From positions 1-55,140 of IMG/VR virus record IMGVR_UViG_3300032281_000128: a stretch of DNA of 55,140 nucleotides; one strand, given 5' to 3'. The stretch is from a virus (taxonomy: Duplodnaviria; Caudoviricetes). Each line of letters begins with the position of its first letter. The stretch's first letter is position 1. The position numbers and the translations under genes were made by a program. Positions 1-9,066 of the stretch are shown piece by piece. The notes under the pieces were generated by a model. The model did not search any database. It had not been told where the DNA came from and saw only the letters and a program-made list of their open reading frames with translations.

Positions 1-123
1 TGACTACGCGTACGACCCGGCTGACATGTACGGAGAAGATACGGGTGGGACGCTGATGTCAAGCACTGACAAAATAGCACAGCTCGCTACAGATTTAGGT
101 TACGACGCTGTGCGTATGCGGAA
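1..123 (+). repeat. Terminal direct repeat (copy 1), identical to 55018-55140; circular assembly overlap
   Basis: TGACTACGCG...GTATGCGGAA occurs at both ends; an ORF reads through the join in frame. Confidence 0.95.
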
Positions 124-799
124 CATTATAGATTACGGACCGGGAGCTGATGAAGCTGGTCGGTCACGTGTGGCTGACACTTACGCAGCGTTTGACCCTA
201 GTATTGTTATACCGATGGTCGGGCGGATGAACGAGCGTAAGACGAACCTTGATCGCTTCCTCAAAGAAAGCATCATGAAAGATGAAGCTGGTGACCCGGT
301 CGTTTTGTTCCACGGGACAAGCGATGACGTCACGGGTAACTTTAACCTTCACCATCCCAACCGGAAAGACCAAGGATGGTTGGGTCGCGGTGCTTATGTT
401 ACTGATGCGCCTGAATTGGCGAGCATGTATTCCAGTATGAAGGCGGGTAAAGCTGGCGCTAACGTCATGCCTCTCTACGGAGACATCCGCAATCCTTACA
501 ACATGACGCTTGAGGAAAAGAACAAGTTGCGCTTCTTGTCCCAAGGTGACATTGATGATTTCACATCCAAGCTGCGTGACGCCGGACATGACTCCGCAAT
601 TGTAACCTACCCAGACGGTGTGCGTGAGATTGCGGTGTTCAACCCAGAGCGCCAACTCAAATCAGCCTCGGGCAATAGGGGAACCTATGACCCCGACAAC
701 CCAGATTTGAAATTCGCTCAAGGGGGCTTGGTTTCCACATACGATGAGGCTATAGTTAACGATCTAGCCGACAAAATTCGCGAGGGTATTTATGGATGA
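2..799 (+). CDS. C-terminal part of the junction-spanning protein (starts at 53822): end of ART domain 1 plus a second ADP-ribosyltransferase (ART-PolyVal-like) domain
   Basis: Motifs VLFHGT...LGRGAYVT...NVMPLY...GHDSAIV...REIAVFNPERQLKSASGNRGTYDP, and GYDAVRMRNIIDYG...DTYAAFDP; in frame with ATG 53822 across the overlap. Confidence 0.75.
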   Translation, partial: DYAYDPADMYGEDTGGTLMSSTDKIAQLATDLGYDAVRMRNIIDYGPGADEAGRSRVADTYAAFDPSIVIPMVGRMNERKTNLDRFLKESIMKDEAGDPVVLFHGTSDDVTGNFNLHHPNRKDQGWLGRGAYVTDAPELASMYSSMKAGKAGANVMPLYGDIRNPYNMTLEEKNKLRFLSQGDIDDFTSKLRDAGHDSAIVTYPDGVREIAVFNPERQLKSASGNRGTYDPDNPDLKFAQGGLVSTYDEAIVNDLADKIREGIYG

Positions 800-3284
800 G
801 CAGCAACTCGAAGACGATTTACCAGAAGGTGAAAGCGTCGAGCTAGAGGATTCGGCTAATGAAGTCGAAGACACTGAAGATGGTGGCGCTATCATTCGCA
901 TGGAGAATGAAGAAGATGAAAAAGAACACCTTGCGCACTTTGCCAACATAGTTGACGAAGTAGACCAAAGTGAACTAGACGTCGCCGTTAATGACCTGCT
1001 TGACAAGATTGACAAAGACAAAGAAGCTCGTGAGAAGCGTGACAAGCAATACGAGGAAGGTCTGCGTCGCACCGGCTTAGGTGACGATGCGCCGGGCGGT
1101 GCTCAGTTCACCGGGGCTAACAAGGTCGTTCACCCGATGTTGGTGGAAGCCTGTGTTGACTTCTCTGCTCGCTTCATGAAGGAAGTCTTCCCACCTAACG
1201 GCCCAGTCAAGAGTAAGATCAACGGACAGCTGGACAAGCAGAAGGTTATGAAGGCGCAGCGTAAGGCTGACTTCATGAATTGGCAGCTCACCCAGCAGAT
1301 ACCTGAGTTCCGCTCGGAGCTTGAGCAGTTGAGCACCCAGCTCCCGCTCGGTGGTGGTCAATACCTCAAGTTCTTCTGGAACCCACAGTATCGTCGTCCG
1401 ACTTGCGAGTTCATCGCTATTGACGACGTTTACCTGCCGTTCGCTGCGACTAACTTCTATACTTCCGAGCGCAAGACGCACGTTCAGTACATCACTGAAA
1501 TGGAATACCGTAAACGTGTTAAGTCCGGTATGTACCGTGACGTAGACGTAGGTATGCCTGAAGATCCTGACTTCAGCAAGTCCAGCCAAGCTAACGACAA
1601 GATTGAAGGTCGTAAAGACACCAGCTACAACGAAGACGGTCTACGTACTATCTTTGAGATCTACACGTTCCTTGACTTTGGTGACGGCACCGAGCCATAC
1701 ATCCTCAGCATTGACAAGTCGTCAGGTCTTGCCCTGTCGCTTTACCGCAACTGGGACGTAGAAGACGACCTACGGCGTGAGCTTGATTGGATTGTTGAGT
1801 TCCCGTTTGTGCCTTGGCGTGGGGCTTACCCCATCGGCCTGACGCACATGATTGGTGGATTGAGTGGGGCCGCAACCGGCGCACTCCGTGCCTTGCTAGA
1901 CTCCGCCCACATTCAGAACATCCCGACGCTGCTCAAGCTCAAGGGTGGACCGGGCGGTCAAACAATCAACCTACAACCAACTGAGGTCGTTGAATTGGAA
2001 GGCGGGGCGTTGGTAGACGACGTGCGTAAGCTCGCGATGCCACTCCCGTTCAACGGCCCCAGCCCGACGCTCTTCCAGTTGCTTGGCTTCTTGGTGGACG
2101 CGGGTAAAGGGGTTGTGCAGACGTCGTTTGAAAAGCTGTCTGATGCAAATCCGAACCAACCCGTTGGTACCACGATGGCCCTTATCGAACAGGGGATGGT
2201 CGTATTCAGCAGCATACACTCACGTCTGCACAACTCAATGGACAAGTGCTTCAAGATCCTTCACCGGATCAACTCGGCGTATTTGACCGAGGAAGATATT
2301 GAAGCGCACGAATCTGGTGTTGACATCAATCCGGAAGATTTTGACGGACCTATGGACGTCATCCCGGTAAGTGACCCAGCTATCTTCAGTGAGACGCAGC
2401 GGTTCGCTCAGATACAAGCGATTATGCAACGAGCGGCTCAGATGCCGCAGTTGTATGATCCGCGTAAGGTGGAGGAAATGTTCCTCCGCGCTATGAAGGT
2501 GCCTGACGATGAAGTCTTGCAACCTGCCCCGGCGAGCGAAGACATGGATCCCGTCAGTGAGAACGTTGCAGCGGCTATGGGTCGACCTGTTTACGTTCTA
2601 CCTCAGCAAGATCACCTCGCCCACTTGAAGACGCACCTTGCGTTTCTCAGCTCGCCGTTGTTCGGTTCCAATCCGGCAATCACCAAGAGCTACTTGTACC
2701 CGATTGCTCAGCACTTGCGTGACCACCTGCTCAACTACTATCTGGTAGAAGCGCATAACGCAGTTGACGAAGCGCAGCGTGAAAAGCTGATTCCAGACGA
2801 AGCGTCAGATCAAGTCAACGTCATCCTGCAGGTTCAGCAACTGATTGAACAGCAGCTGGGTGGCTTTGCTGAACAGCTCGCTCAGATCACTGAGATGGCT
2901 CAGCAGTTTGCACCACAACCACCTATGCCGCCAGACAACAGCATGCAGATTGCTCAGCTTAATGCAGAGCTGCAAGGTCAAGTGCTACAACAACGCGCCC
3001 AGACCGATCAGGCTCGTATTGAGCTTGACCAGCAGAAGATGGCTACCGACTTGCAGCTTGAACAGCAGAAGATGTCCATCCAACAGCAGAAGGATATGTC
3101 TCAGCTACAGAACGAACAGTTCAAGCAACAGGCTGAGAACGAGCGCACTATTGCAGAGATTACGGCACGTGAGCGCATGAACACTGCTGACAACGAAACC
3201 GCTATGCTCCTAGCAGCGGCTGAGATGTCAACTGGTGAAAAGGTGGCGGTCAGCACCGGCACTGGTATTAACCCTAATCCTTAA
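792..3284 (+). CDS. Portal protein (podovirus type)
   Basis: 830 aa just downstream of the terminase region; HPMLVEAC, ADFMNWQLT and YPIGLTHMIG motifs; Q-rich C-terminal coiled coil. Confidence 0.85.
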   Translation: MDEQQLEDDLPEGESVELEDSANEVEDTEDGGAIIRMENEEDEKEHLAHFANIVDEVDQSELDVAVNDLLDKIDKDKEAREKRDKQYEEGLRRTGLGDDAPGGAQFTGANKVVHPMLVEACVDFSARFMKEVFPPNGPVKSKINGQLDKQKVMKAQRKADFMNWQLTQQIPEFRSELEQLSTQLPLGGGQYLKFFWNPQYRRPTCEFIAIDDVYLPFAATNFYTSERKTHVQYITEMEYRKRVKSGMYRDVDVGMPEDPDFSKSSQANDKIEGRKDTSYNEDGLRTIFEIYTFLDFGDGTEPYILSIDKSSGLALSLYRNWDVEDDLRRELDWIVEFPFVPWRGAYPIGLTHMIGGLSGAATGALRALLDSAHIQNIPTLLKLKGGPGGQTINLQPTEVVELEGGALVDDVRKLAMPLPFNGPSPTLFQLLGFLVDAGKGVVQTSFEKLSDANPNQPVGTTMALIEQGMVVFSSIHSRLHNSMDKCFKILHRINSAYLTEEDIEAHESGVDINPEDFDGPMDVIPVSDPAIFSETQRFAQIQAIMQRAAQMPQLYDPRKVEEMFLRAMKVPDDEVLQPAPASEDMDPVSENVAAAMGRPVYVLPQQDHLAHLKTHLAFLSSPLFGSNPAITKSYLYPIAQHLRDHLLNYYLVEAHNAVDEAQREKLIPDEASDQVNVILQVQQLIEQQLGGFAEQLAQITEMAQQFAPQPPMPPDNSMQIAQLNAELQGQVLQQRAQTDQARIELDQQKMATDLQLEQQKMSIQQQKDMSQLQNEQFKQQAENERTIAEITARERMNTADNETAMLLAAAEMSTGEKVAVSTGTGINPNP

Positions 3285-3300
3285 TTGAAAGGAAATTACT

Positions 3301-3438
3301 ATGAGCGATAAACCGACCCCCGGCACTGTCTCCATGAGCGGTCCGTATGTCAAGCAGAAGCACCGTATGGCCGCTGGTGAAAAAGTCACCGGTCAAACGC
3401 TACCTGCTGAGCCTAAGACTGATAAGAACCGGGCGTGA
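3301..3438 (+). CDS. Small hypothetical protein (45 aa, MSDKPTPG...)
   Basis: AAAGGA SD upstream; stop overlaps the GTG of the next gene; below ORF-track cutoff. Confidence 0.6.
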   Translation: MSDKPTPGTVSMSGPYVKQKHRMAAGEKVTGQTLPAEPKTDKNRA

Positions 3439-3632
3439 ATTTAGAAACCAGACTTCTGAACGCTCTCAAGGATGAACAGCAGCAGTTCGCTCTGCAAGCC
3501 TTGAAGCGTCCAGTTGAGCGCGATGCCTTTGAGTACGGGTATCGCGTTGGGACCATCGCTGGCTTAGAGTCGGCGATAAATGTACTCTTAAAACTTGTAG
3601 ACGAGGAGAAGCACGTTGACAACGATCTCTGA
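3435..3632 (+). CDS. Small head-region hypothetical protein
   Basis: Coupled ORF between portal and GroES; YGYRVGTIAGL motif. Confidence 0.7.
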   Translation: MNLETRLLNALKDEQQQFALQALKRPVERDAFEYGYRVGTIAGLESAINVLLKLVDEEKHVDNDL

Positions 3633-4023
3633 GGACGCATTGGCGGAGGCTTTCCCGGTTGTAGAACCGGAATATCGGCCTTACGGTAGCCGTGTCCTGG
3701 TACAGATCCGTACCCCAATCACTAAGACTAAGGGTGGTATCATCCTTACTTCTGACACCGTAGACACTGAAAAGTGGAATACTCAAGTGGCTAAGGTCAT
3801 TAGCTTGGGTCCGGTGGCATATAAGAACCGTAACACTCTTGAGCCATGGCCCGAAGGTTCGTGGTGTGAACCCGGCACATTCGTCCGCGTACCTAAGTAT
3901 GGTGGCGACCGTTGGGAAGTCACCGACAGCAACGGCAATACGGCAATGTTTGTAGTGTTCAACGATCTTGATATCGGCGGAGAGCATATGGGCAATCCAC
4001 TAAATGTTAAGGCATTCATCTGA
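3616..4023 (+). CDS. groES: GroES/Cpn10-like co-chaperonin
   Basis: PYGSRVLV...KTKGGIIL...AKVISLGP...VRVPKYGG pattern; GAGGAG SD before TTG. Confidence 0.85.
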   Translation: MTTISEDALAEAFPVVEPEYRPYGSRVLVQIRTPITKTKGGIILTSDTVDTEKWNTQVAKVISLGPVAYKNRNTLEPWPEGSWCEPGTFVRVPKYGGDRWEVTDSNGNTAMFVVFNDLDIGGEHMGNPLNVKAFI

Positions 4024-4037
4024 AAAGGAGATGACTA

Positions 4038-4994
4038 ATGGCAGACGTACTTAAAGAAGACGATGGTGATCAAGACGACATTATCATCGTAGAAGACCGC
4101 GCTGATCTTGAAGACAATAGCGCAGACGACAATGACGATAATGATGATGACGATCGTTTAAGTCGTGATGATGACGCCGACGATAACGATGATGAGCGTG
4201 AAGCCATCCGTGAACGTCGCCGGGTTGAAAAGCAAGAGCGTAAGCAGCGTCGTGATGAAGCTATCAAGCGCGATAAACTTGAGCTAGATTTTCTACGTAA
4301 GCAGAACGATGACCTTGAACGTCGTCTTTCCGGTGTTGAGCAGCGTACTCATCAAGCTGACTTGGGTCAGTTTGACAACGCTATTGCTCAGGCGGCTAAC
4401 GATATTGACATGGCTGAAAAGGTCATTGCTAAAGCGGTCGCTAATGGTAACGGTGAAGATGTAGCTAAAGCGATGCGTTATCGTGACGAAGCTGCAGCTC
4501 GCATTCAACAGCTACAGTTTCAAAAACAGCAGACTGCTCAGAATCGCCCGGCTCCTCAAGGTCTTGACGACCGTATCATGTATCATGCCCAAGAGTTCAT
4601 GCGTGACAACCCATGGTATGACGCTCAGGGTCGTGATGAAGACTCCGCTATCGTTTTGGCAATTGACCAAGCGTTGGCTAAGGATGGTTACGACCCGACT
4701 ACAGAAGATTACTGGGACGAGCTGCGTAATCGCGCCGGTCGTCGTCTACCTGAGCGTTTCGGTGACAACCGCTCTGCTCGTAAAGACCGCAACACTCGTG
4801 AAGAACGTGTTCCTCGTGGTGGCCCAGTTGTGGGCTCAGGTCGTGAACATGCTCCCGCTAACACCCGTAAAGGTGTATACATTAGCCCTGAACGTAAACA
4901 GGCGCTAATCGAAGCTGGCGTTTGGGATGACCCGGTACTACGTGCTAAGTACGCAAAACGGTATGCCGAATACGATAAATTGAATAAGGCGTGA
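4038..4994 (+). CDS. Putative scaffolding protein
   Basis: Acidic N-terminus, coiled coil, NPWY motif; lies between portal and capsid genes. Confidence 0.65.
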   Translation: MADVLKEDDGDQDDIIIVEDRADLEDNSADDNDDNDDDDRLSRDDDADDNDDEREAIRERRRVEKQERKQRRDEAIKRDKLELDFLRKQNDDLERRLSGVEQRTHQADLGQFDNAIAQAANDIDMAEKVIAKAVANGNGEDVAKAMRYRDEAAARIQQLQFQKQQTAQNRPAPQGLDDRIMYHAQEFMRDNPWYDAQGRDEDSAIVLAIDQALAKDGYDPTTEDYWDELRNRAGRRLPERFGDNRSARKDRNTREERVPRGGPVVGSGREHAPANTRKGVYISPERKQALIEAGVWDDPVLRAKYAKRYAEYDKLNKA

Positions 4995-5000
4995 ATTCAT

Positions 5001-5029
5001 TTGCCTTTTGATTTATTTTAAACTATAAT
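5001..5029 (+). promoter_or_regulatory. Sigma70-like promoter TTGCCT-N17-TATAAT
   Basis: Intergenic; upstream of the capsid operon. Confidence 0.7.
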
Positions 5030-5058
5030 TAATCTCAATCGCTGAAAGGAGCGATATT

Positions 5059-5589
5059 ATGACCGACGAACGACTAAAGAAATCTGCTGGAGAAGACCGC
5101 GAGAATCGCGCGATGGAAGATCGTGCAGTTACTGAGAATCGCGAAATTTCTGACGATCAGCGGGTAGAAATGTTCCGTCAACAATTTTTTCAGTCCTCTC
5201 TTCCGGACTTACCAAAAATCCCCGGCTGGCACATGTGCTGGCTGACTACGACTAACCCTCGTGATTCTATCCAGAGTAGGATTCGTCTTGGTTACGAACC
5301 CGTCAAGCCCGAAGATGTTCCGGGCTGGGAATACGCCACTCTCAAGACTGGCGACTGGAATGGCTTCATTGGGGTGAATGAGATGCTGGCTTTCAAGCTT
5401 CCCATTTCGCTGTATGAAAAATACATGCGTGAGGCACATCACGATGCGCCGATGCGGGAAGAAGAGAAACTCACGGATACCGCTGATTTTCTCGAAAACC
5501 AAGCCCGTGCATCTAAGTCTAGGCTTACTATGGGTGACGGTAATAAGGAGATTGGGCAGCAGCGCGATGCGGTCTTTGACCTATCGTAA
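5059..5589 (+). CDS. Conserved head-region protein
   Basis: AAGGAG SD; LPDLPKIPGWHMCW...RLGYEPV motif typical of the gene preceding capsid genes in such podoviruses. Confidence 0.7.
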   Translation: MTDERLKKSAGEDRENRAMEDRAVTENREISDDQRVEMFRQQFFQSSLPDLPKIPGWHMCWLTTTNPRDSIQSRIRLGYEPVKPEDVPGWEYATLKTGDWNGFIGVNEMLAFKLPISLYEKYMREAHHDAPMREEEKLTDTADFLENQARASKSRLTMGDGNKEIGQQRDAVFDLS

Positions 5590-5618
5590 CTTAACCAATC
5601 AAACCGATGGAGCTTACT

Positions 5619-6218
5619 ATGTCTTCGACTAGTGCACCTTTTGGTTTTCGTGCGTCCTACCACAACAGTGGACAGATGCGTCCGAAAGCCTATACGATTA
5701 CCTCGGGTTATGCGGCTAATATTTTTAGCGGTGACCCTGTTAAACTTACCGACAACGGCGTTATTCAGCTCGGCTCCAGCGATGGAACGCGCACAGGTAC
5801 CACCGATGGCGTAACTTTGCTCGGCATTTTCGCCGGTTGCCAGTATCTGGACGCCAGCGGTAAGCCGACAATCAGCCCCTTCTGGCCAGCCAGCACCTCA
5901 GGCACGGAAATCGTTGCTTGGGTTTATGACGACCCAGAAACGCTGTATGACGTGCAGTACAACAATCCGGGCACTGCCGGTACTGACTCAGTTCAGTCCG
6001 CAGTAGGTGAAGAGTGCGACTGGGTCGTAGCTTCGCCGGGTGGTTCGACCCGCACAGGTCTGAGCACTACGCTCCTCAGCGCAATTCAGGCGACTTCTGG
6101 TCAGTTCCAGATCACCGGCTTTGCATACAACATCAACGACTCTTTGACTGACGCTTATGTAACCGCTACCGTTCGCTTGAACGAAGCTGCTTACAAAGCT
6201 GCTGTCAATAGCATTTAA
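5619..6218 (+). CDS. Putative capsid decoration/minor capsid protein
   Basis: MSSTSAPFGFR...IFSGDPV...GIFAGCQY...VYDDP; immediately before the major capsid gene; GGAG SD favours start 5619. Confidence 0.6.
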   Translation: MSSTSAPFGFRASYHNSGQMRPKAYTITSGYAANIFSGDPVKLTDNGVIQLGSSDGTRTGTTDGVTLLGIFAGCQYLDASGKPTISPFWPASTSGTEIVAWVYDDPETLYDVQYNNPGTAGTDSVQSAVGEECDWVVASPGGSTRTGLSTTLLSAIQATSGQFQITGFAYNINDSLTDAYVTATVRLNEAAYKAAVNSI

Positions 6219-6232
6219 GGAGGGCTTGAACA

Positions 6233-7147
6233 ATGGCTACCCCAATGCGTAGTACTGACTTTCGGTCAGTAGTCGAGCCTATCCTCAACGAAGTCTTTGA
6301 CGGTGTTTACGAACAGCGTGCTGACGAGTGGAATATGGTTTTCCGTGAACAAAAGGGCATTCCCCGTAACTACCACGAAGAACCCGTCTTGTACGGTTTC
6401 GGCGCGGCTCCGGAACTCCCCGATGGTATGGCTGTTAGCTATCAGTCGGGTGGTGTGCTCTTCCTGCAGCGTTACCTCTACAAAGTCTATGGTCTGGCAT
6501 TCAGCCTTACCAAAGTTCTTGTTGAAGATGGTGACCACATTCGTATCGGTCAGACCTATGCTAAGCACTTGGCTCAGTCGCTTATCGAAACGAAAGAAAC
6601 GCTGTCGGCAAACGTGCTTAACCGCGCTTTCAACGCTGCATACAGCGGCGGTGACGGTGTTGCTCTTATCAGCACGGCTCACCCAATCGTTAACGGCACG
6701 TTCAGCAACCAGCTGACGACTCCTGCGAACCTTTCGCAGACGTCACTTGAGCAGTTGTTGATCCAAATCCGTAACGCGGTAGACAACAACGGCAAGCGTA
6801 TCCGCCTCACGCCGACTCAGATCGTTACCGGTCCGTCGAACGTGTTCCAAGCTGAAACTCTGCTCAAGTCTGTTCTGCGTAGCGGTACTGCTGACAACGA
6901 CATCAACCCTGTCAAATCGATGGGTCTGTTGGCTAAGGGTCAAGCTAACCTTTCGCGTATCACGTCGTCCACTGCTTGGTGGATTCAGACTGATGCTCCA
7001 GAAGGTCTCAAGCTGCTTATGCGTCGTGGTCTTGAAAAGAGCATGGAAGGTGACTTCGAAACCGACTCCATGCGCTACAAGGCAACCGAGCGTTACACTG
7101 TGGGTTGGACTGACCCACGTGGCCTCTACGGTACGGCTGGCGTATAA
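6233..7147 (+). CDS. Major capsid protein
   Basis: 304 aa; strong AAGGAGG SD; GDGVALISTAHP and DFETDSMRYKATERYTVGWTDPRG motifs; followed by a terminator. Confidence 0.85.
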   Translation: MATPMRSTDFRSVVEPILNEVFDGVYEQRADEWNMVFREQKGIPRNYHEEPVLYGFGAAPELPDGMAVSYQSGGVLFLQRYLYKVYGLAFSLTKVLVEDGDHIRIGQTYAKHLAQSLIETKETLSANVLNRAFNAAYSGGDGVALISTAHPIVNGTFSNQLTTPANLSQTSLEQLLIQIRNAVDNNGKRIRLTPTQIVTGPSNVFQAETLLKSVLRSGTADNDINPVKSMGLLAKGQANLSRITSSTAWWIQTDAPEGLKLLMRRGLEKSMEGDFETDSMRYKATERYTVGWTDPRGLYGTAGV

Positions 7148-7154
7148 TAAGTTC

Positions 7155-7189
7155 GGGGAGGGGTCTAAACAACTCCTCCCCATTCTTTT
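7155..7189 (+). terminator. Rho-independent terminator after the capsid gene
   Basis: GGGGAGGGGT/ACTCCTCCCC stem followed by ATTCTTTT. Confidence 0.7.
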
Positions 7190-7262
7190 CCGGGTTAATT
7201 TTAGTGTTGTGGACAGCCCCGGCTGACATCATGCAGACCACAGCACGACTTGCATGAAAGGA
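7190..7262 (+). ncRNA. Candidate structured cis-regulatory RNA (chained pseudoknots)
   Basis: Three interleaved complementary pairs: 7190-94/7218-22, 7204-12/7238-46 and 7229-35/7251-57; the last abuts the SD. Confidence 0.4.
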
Positions 7263-7269
7263 TTGAACC

Positions 7270-7677
7270 ATGGGTTCTACTACATTTTCGGGTCCAGTAA
7301 CATCTACTAACGGCTTTATTGGCGCAATTACCGGCAACGTAATCGGTAATGTTACCGGCAACGTAACCGGCGATTTGACCGGTCGCGTAATCGGCACTGT
7401 TGCCACCCGTTCAGGTGCTGGCGCTATTCCTATCACCGCTGCCACTGTTCGCTTGACCACCACCGGCGCTAACGCACTGACGCTGGCTAATGGCGTTGAT
7501 GGTCAAATCCTGACAATCGTAATGGTTGTTGATGGTGGCGACGGCACGTTGGCTCCGACCACAGAAACTGGCTTCACCACGATCACCTTCAATGATGTTG
7601 GTGACAGCGTAACGCTCCAGTATTTCACGACGCTTGGTTGGATGATCCTGAGCAATTACGGCTGCACGGTAGCTTAA
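7270..7677 (+). CDS. Virion structural protein (head fibre/decoration-like)
   Basis: MGSTTFSGPV start; GNVT repeats; G/T-rich beta composition. Confidence 0.65.
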   Translation: MGSTTFSGPVTSTNGFIGAITGNVIGNVTGNVTGDLTGRVIGTVATRSGAGAIPITAATVRLTTTGANALTLANGVDGQILTIVMVVDGGDGTLAPTTETGFTTITFNDVGDSVTLQYFTTLGWMILSNYGCTVA

Positions 7678-7731
7678 TTGTCATTTACGGGGAGGGGTTA
7701 ACACCTCTCCCTGCTTTGAAAGGAAACAACT

Positions 7732-8142
7732 ATGGCTGATGCAGTAGCAACGCAGACTCTGTTCGATGGCGAGCGTATGGCCATCATGAAATTTACGAAC
7801 ATCTCCGACGGCACCGGCGAGGTTAAGGTGACTAAGGTTGATGTATCGACACTCATTCCCAACTCTTTCAATTTGGCTTGCAACGGCGTTACTATCGTCA
7901 AGATGCACGTCTTTACGTACGGCCTAATTGTTGACATGTTCTGGGACGCCACCACAGACGTGCTTATCACGTCAGTCCCGCAGAACACCATGTACTCGAT
8001 GGACCTGACGCAGTTCGGCGGTCTGTGGAACAACGCAGGTGCAGGTAAGAATGGTGACATCCAATTCTCTACTCACGACGCCAGCGCCGGTGACAGGTAC
8101 ACTATCATCCTTGAGATGGTTAAGTCTTACGCGTCTGCGTGA
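7732..8142 (+). CDS. Virion structural protein
   Basis: AAAGGA SD; MADAVATQTLFDG...FTNISDGTGE motif; structural cluster. Confidence 0.65.
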   Translation: MADAVATQTLFDGERMAIMKFTNISDGTGEVKVTKVDVSTLIPNSFNLACNGVTIVKMHVFTYGLIVDMFWDATTDVLITSVPQNTMYSMDLTQFGGLWNNAGAGKNGDIQFSTHDASAGDRYTIILEMVKSYASA

Positions 8143-8151
8143 GTTTAGACT

Positions 8152-8403
8152 ATGGAGATGATGCTCTGGAACATGGTATTAAGCGGGGTTGTAGCCGTTA
8201 TGGGCTTCTTTCTCAAGAGTAAGTTCGATGAACTACAGCGGCTTAGCATTTTGCTCAACCGCACTCGTGAGGAAGTCGCTCGTGACCATATAACCCGCGC
8301 TGAGGTTAGAGCCGACCTTGATAAAATCCGTGAACACTTTGATGACGGATTCAAGCGGCTTGAAGGTAAAATTGATATGCTAGCTCAAAGGGGTGTGAAA
8401 TGA
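8152..8403 (+). CDS. Small membrane-anchored coiled-coil protein
   Basis: N-terminal hydrophobic segment then LLNRTREEVARD...RLEGKID. Confidence 0.6.
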   Translation: MEMMLWNMVLSGVVAVMGFFLKSKFDELQRLSILLNRTREEVARDHITRAEVRADLDKIREHFDDGFKRLEGKIDMLAQRGVK

Positions 8404-8981
8404 GTAAATCTTTCAAGTATGTTAAAGAATTCGTATTTCCTAGTGAAGCCGGTTATTCAGGTTCTGCAGGTAAGACCACTGTTAAAGGTTATTATCGCGG
8501 TGGAGACGTTGCCGGCACCAAGAAGGTAATCCGTAACGAACGTGAAGAGCTTAAGCGAGTTGAAGCCAAGCGTAAAGATGCCGGTCAGGAAATCAAGCGT
8601 GTCAAATCTGAGATGCGTTATGACAAAGCTGAACTCAAGCCAATGAAGAAAATGGCTGGTGGTATGATCAAGGACAACAGTAAGCTCGGTATTGTTGATA
8701 ACAAGAACCCCGGCGAAACCAAAAACCACACTGCTCCTAAGCTGCCCGGCAAGACCATGATGAAAAAGGGTGGTCAAGCTATGGCTAAGGTCGGTAAGGT
8801 TATGGGCGAATATAAAGCCGGTGACCTGCATTCTGGTAGCAAAACCGGTCCCAAGGTTACTAACCGTAAGCAAGCAGTCGCCATCGCTATGAGCGAAGCT
8901 CGTAAAGCTGGTGCTAAAATGCCTATGAAAAAGGCTGACGGTGGCTATATGCATGGCGGAATGCACCAAAAGAAAAAGTGA
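8400..8981 (+). CDS. Very basic K/M/G-rich putative internal head (DNA-binding) protein
   Basis: KVGKVMGEYKAGDLHSG...VTNRKQAVAIAMSEAR motif; several x-x-GG motifs. Confidence 0.6.
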   Translation: MSKSFKYVKEFVFPSEAGYSGSAGKTTVKGYYRGGDVAGTKKVIRNEREELKRVEAKRKDAGQEIKRVKSEMRYDKAELKPMKKMAGGMIKDNSKLGIVDNKNPGETKNHTAPKLPGKTMMKKGGQAMAKVGKVMGEYKAGDLHSGSKTGPKVTNRKQAVAIAMSEARKAGAKMPMKKADGGYMHGGMHQKKK

Positions 8982-8982
8982 C

Positions 8983-9011
8983 TTGCTCTTTGAGCAAATT
9001 TGAATTATAAG
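8983..9011 (+). promoter_or_regulatory. Sigma70-like promoter TTGCTC-N17-TATAAG
   Basis: Intergenic; upstream of the 9067 ORF. Confidence 0.55.
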
Positions 9012-9066
9012 GTAATGCGAGCGGCATGCTGTTATAGCAGCCATGTAAACACTAAATGGAGTTAAC

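Noticed and set aside
26-799. Stand-alone 257-aa ORF
   Set aside because: The reading frame is open upstream across the junction back to ATG 53822
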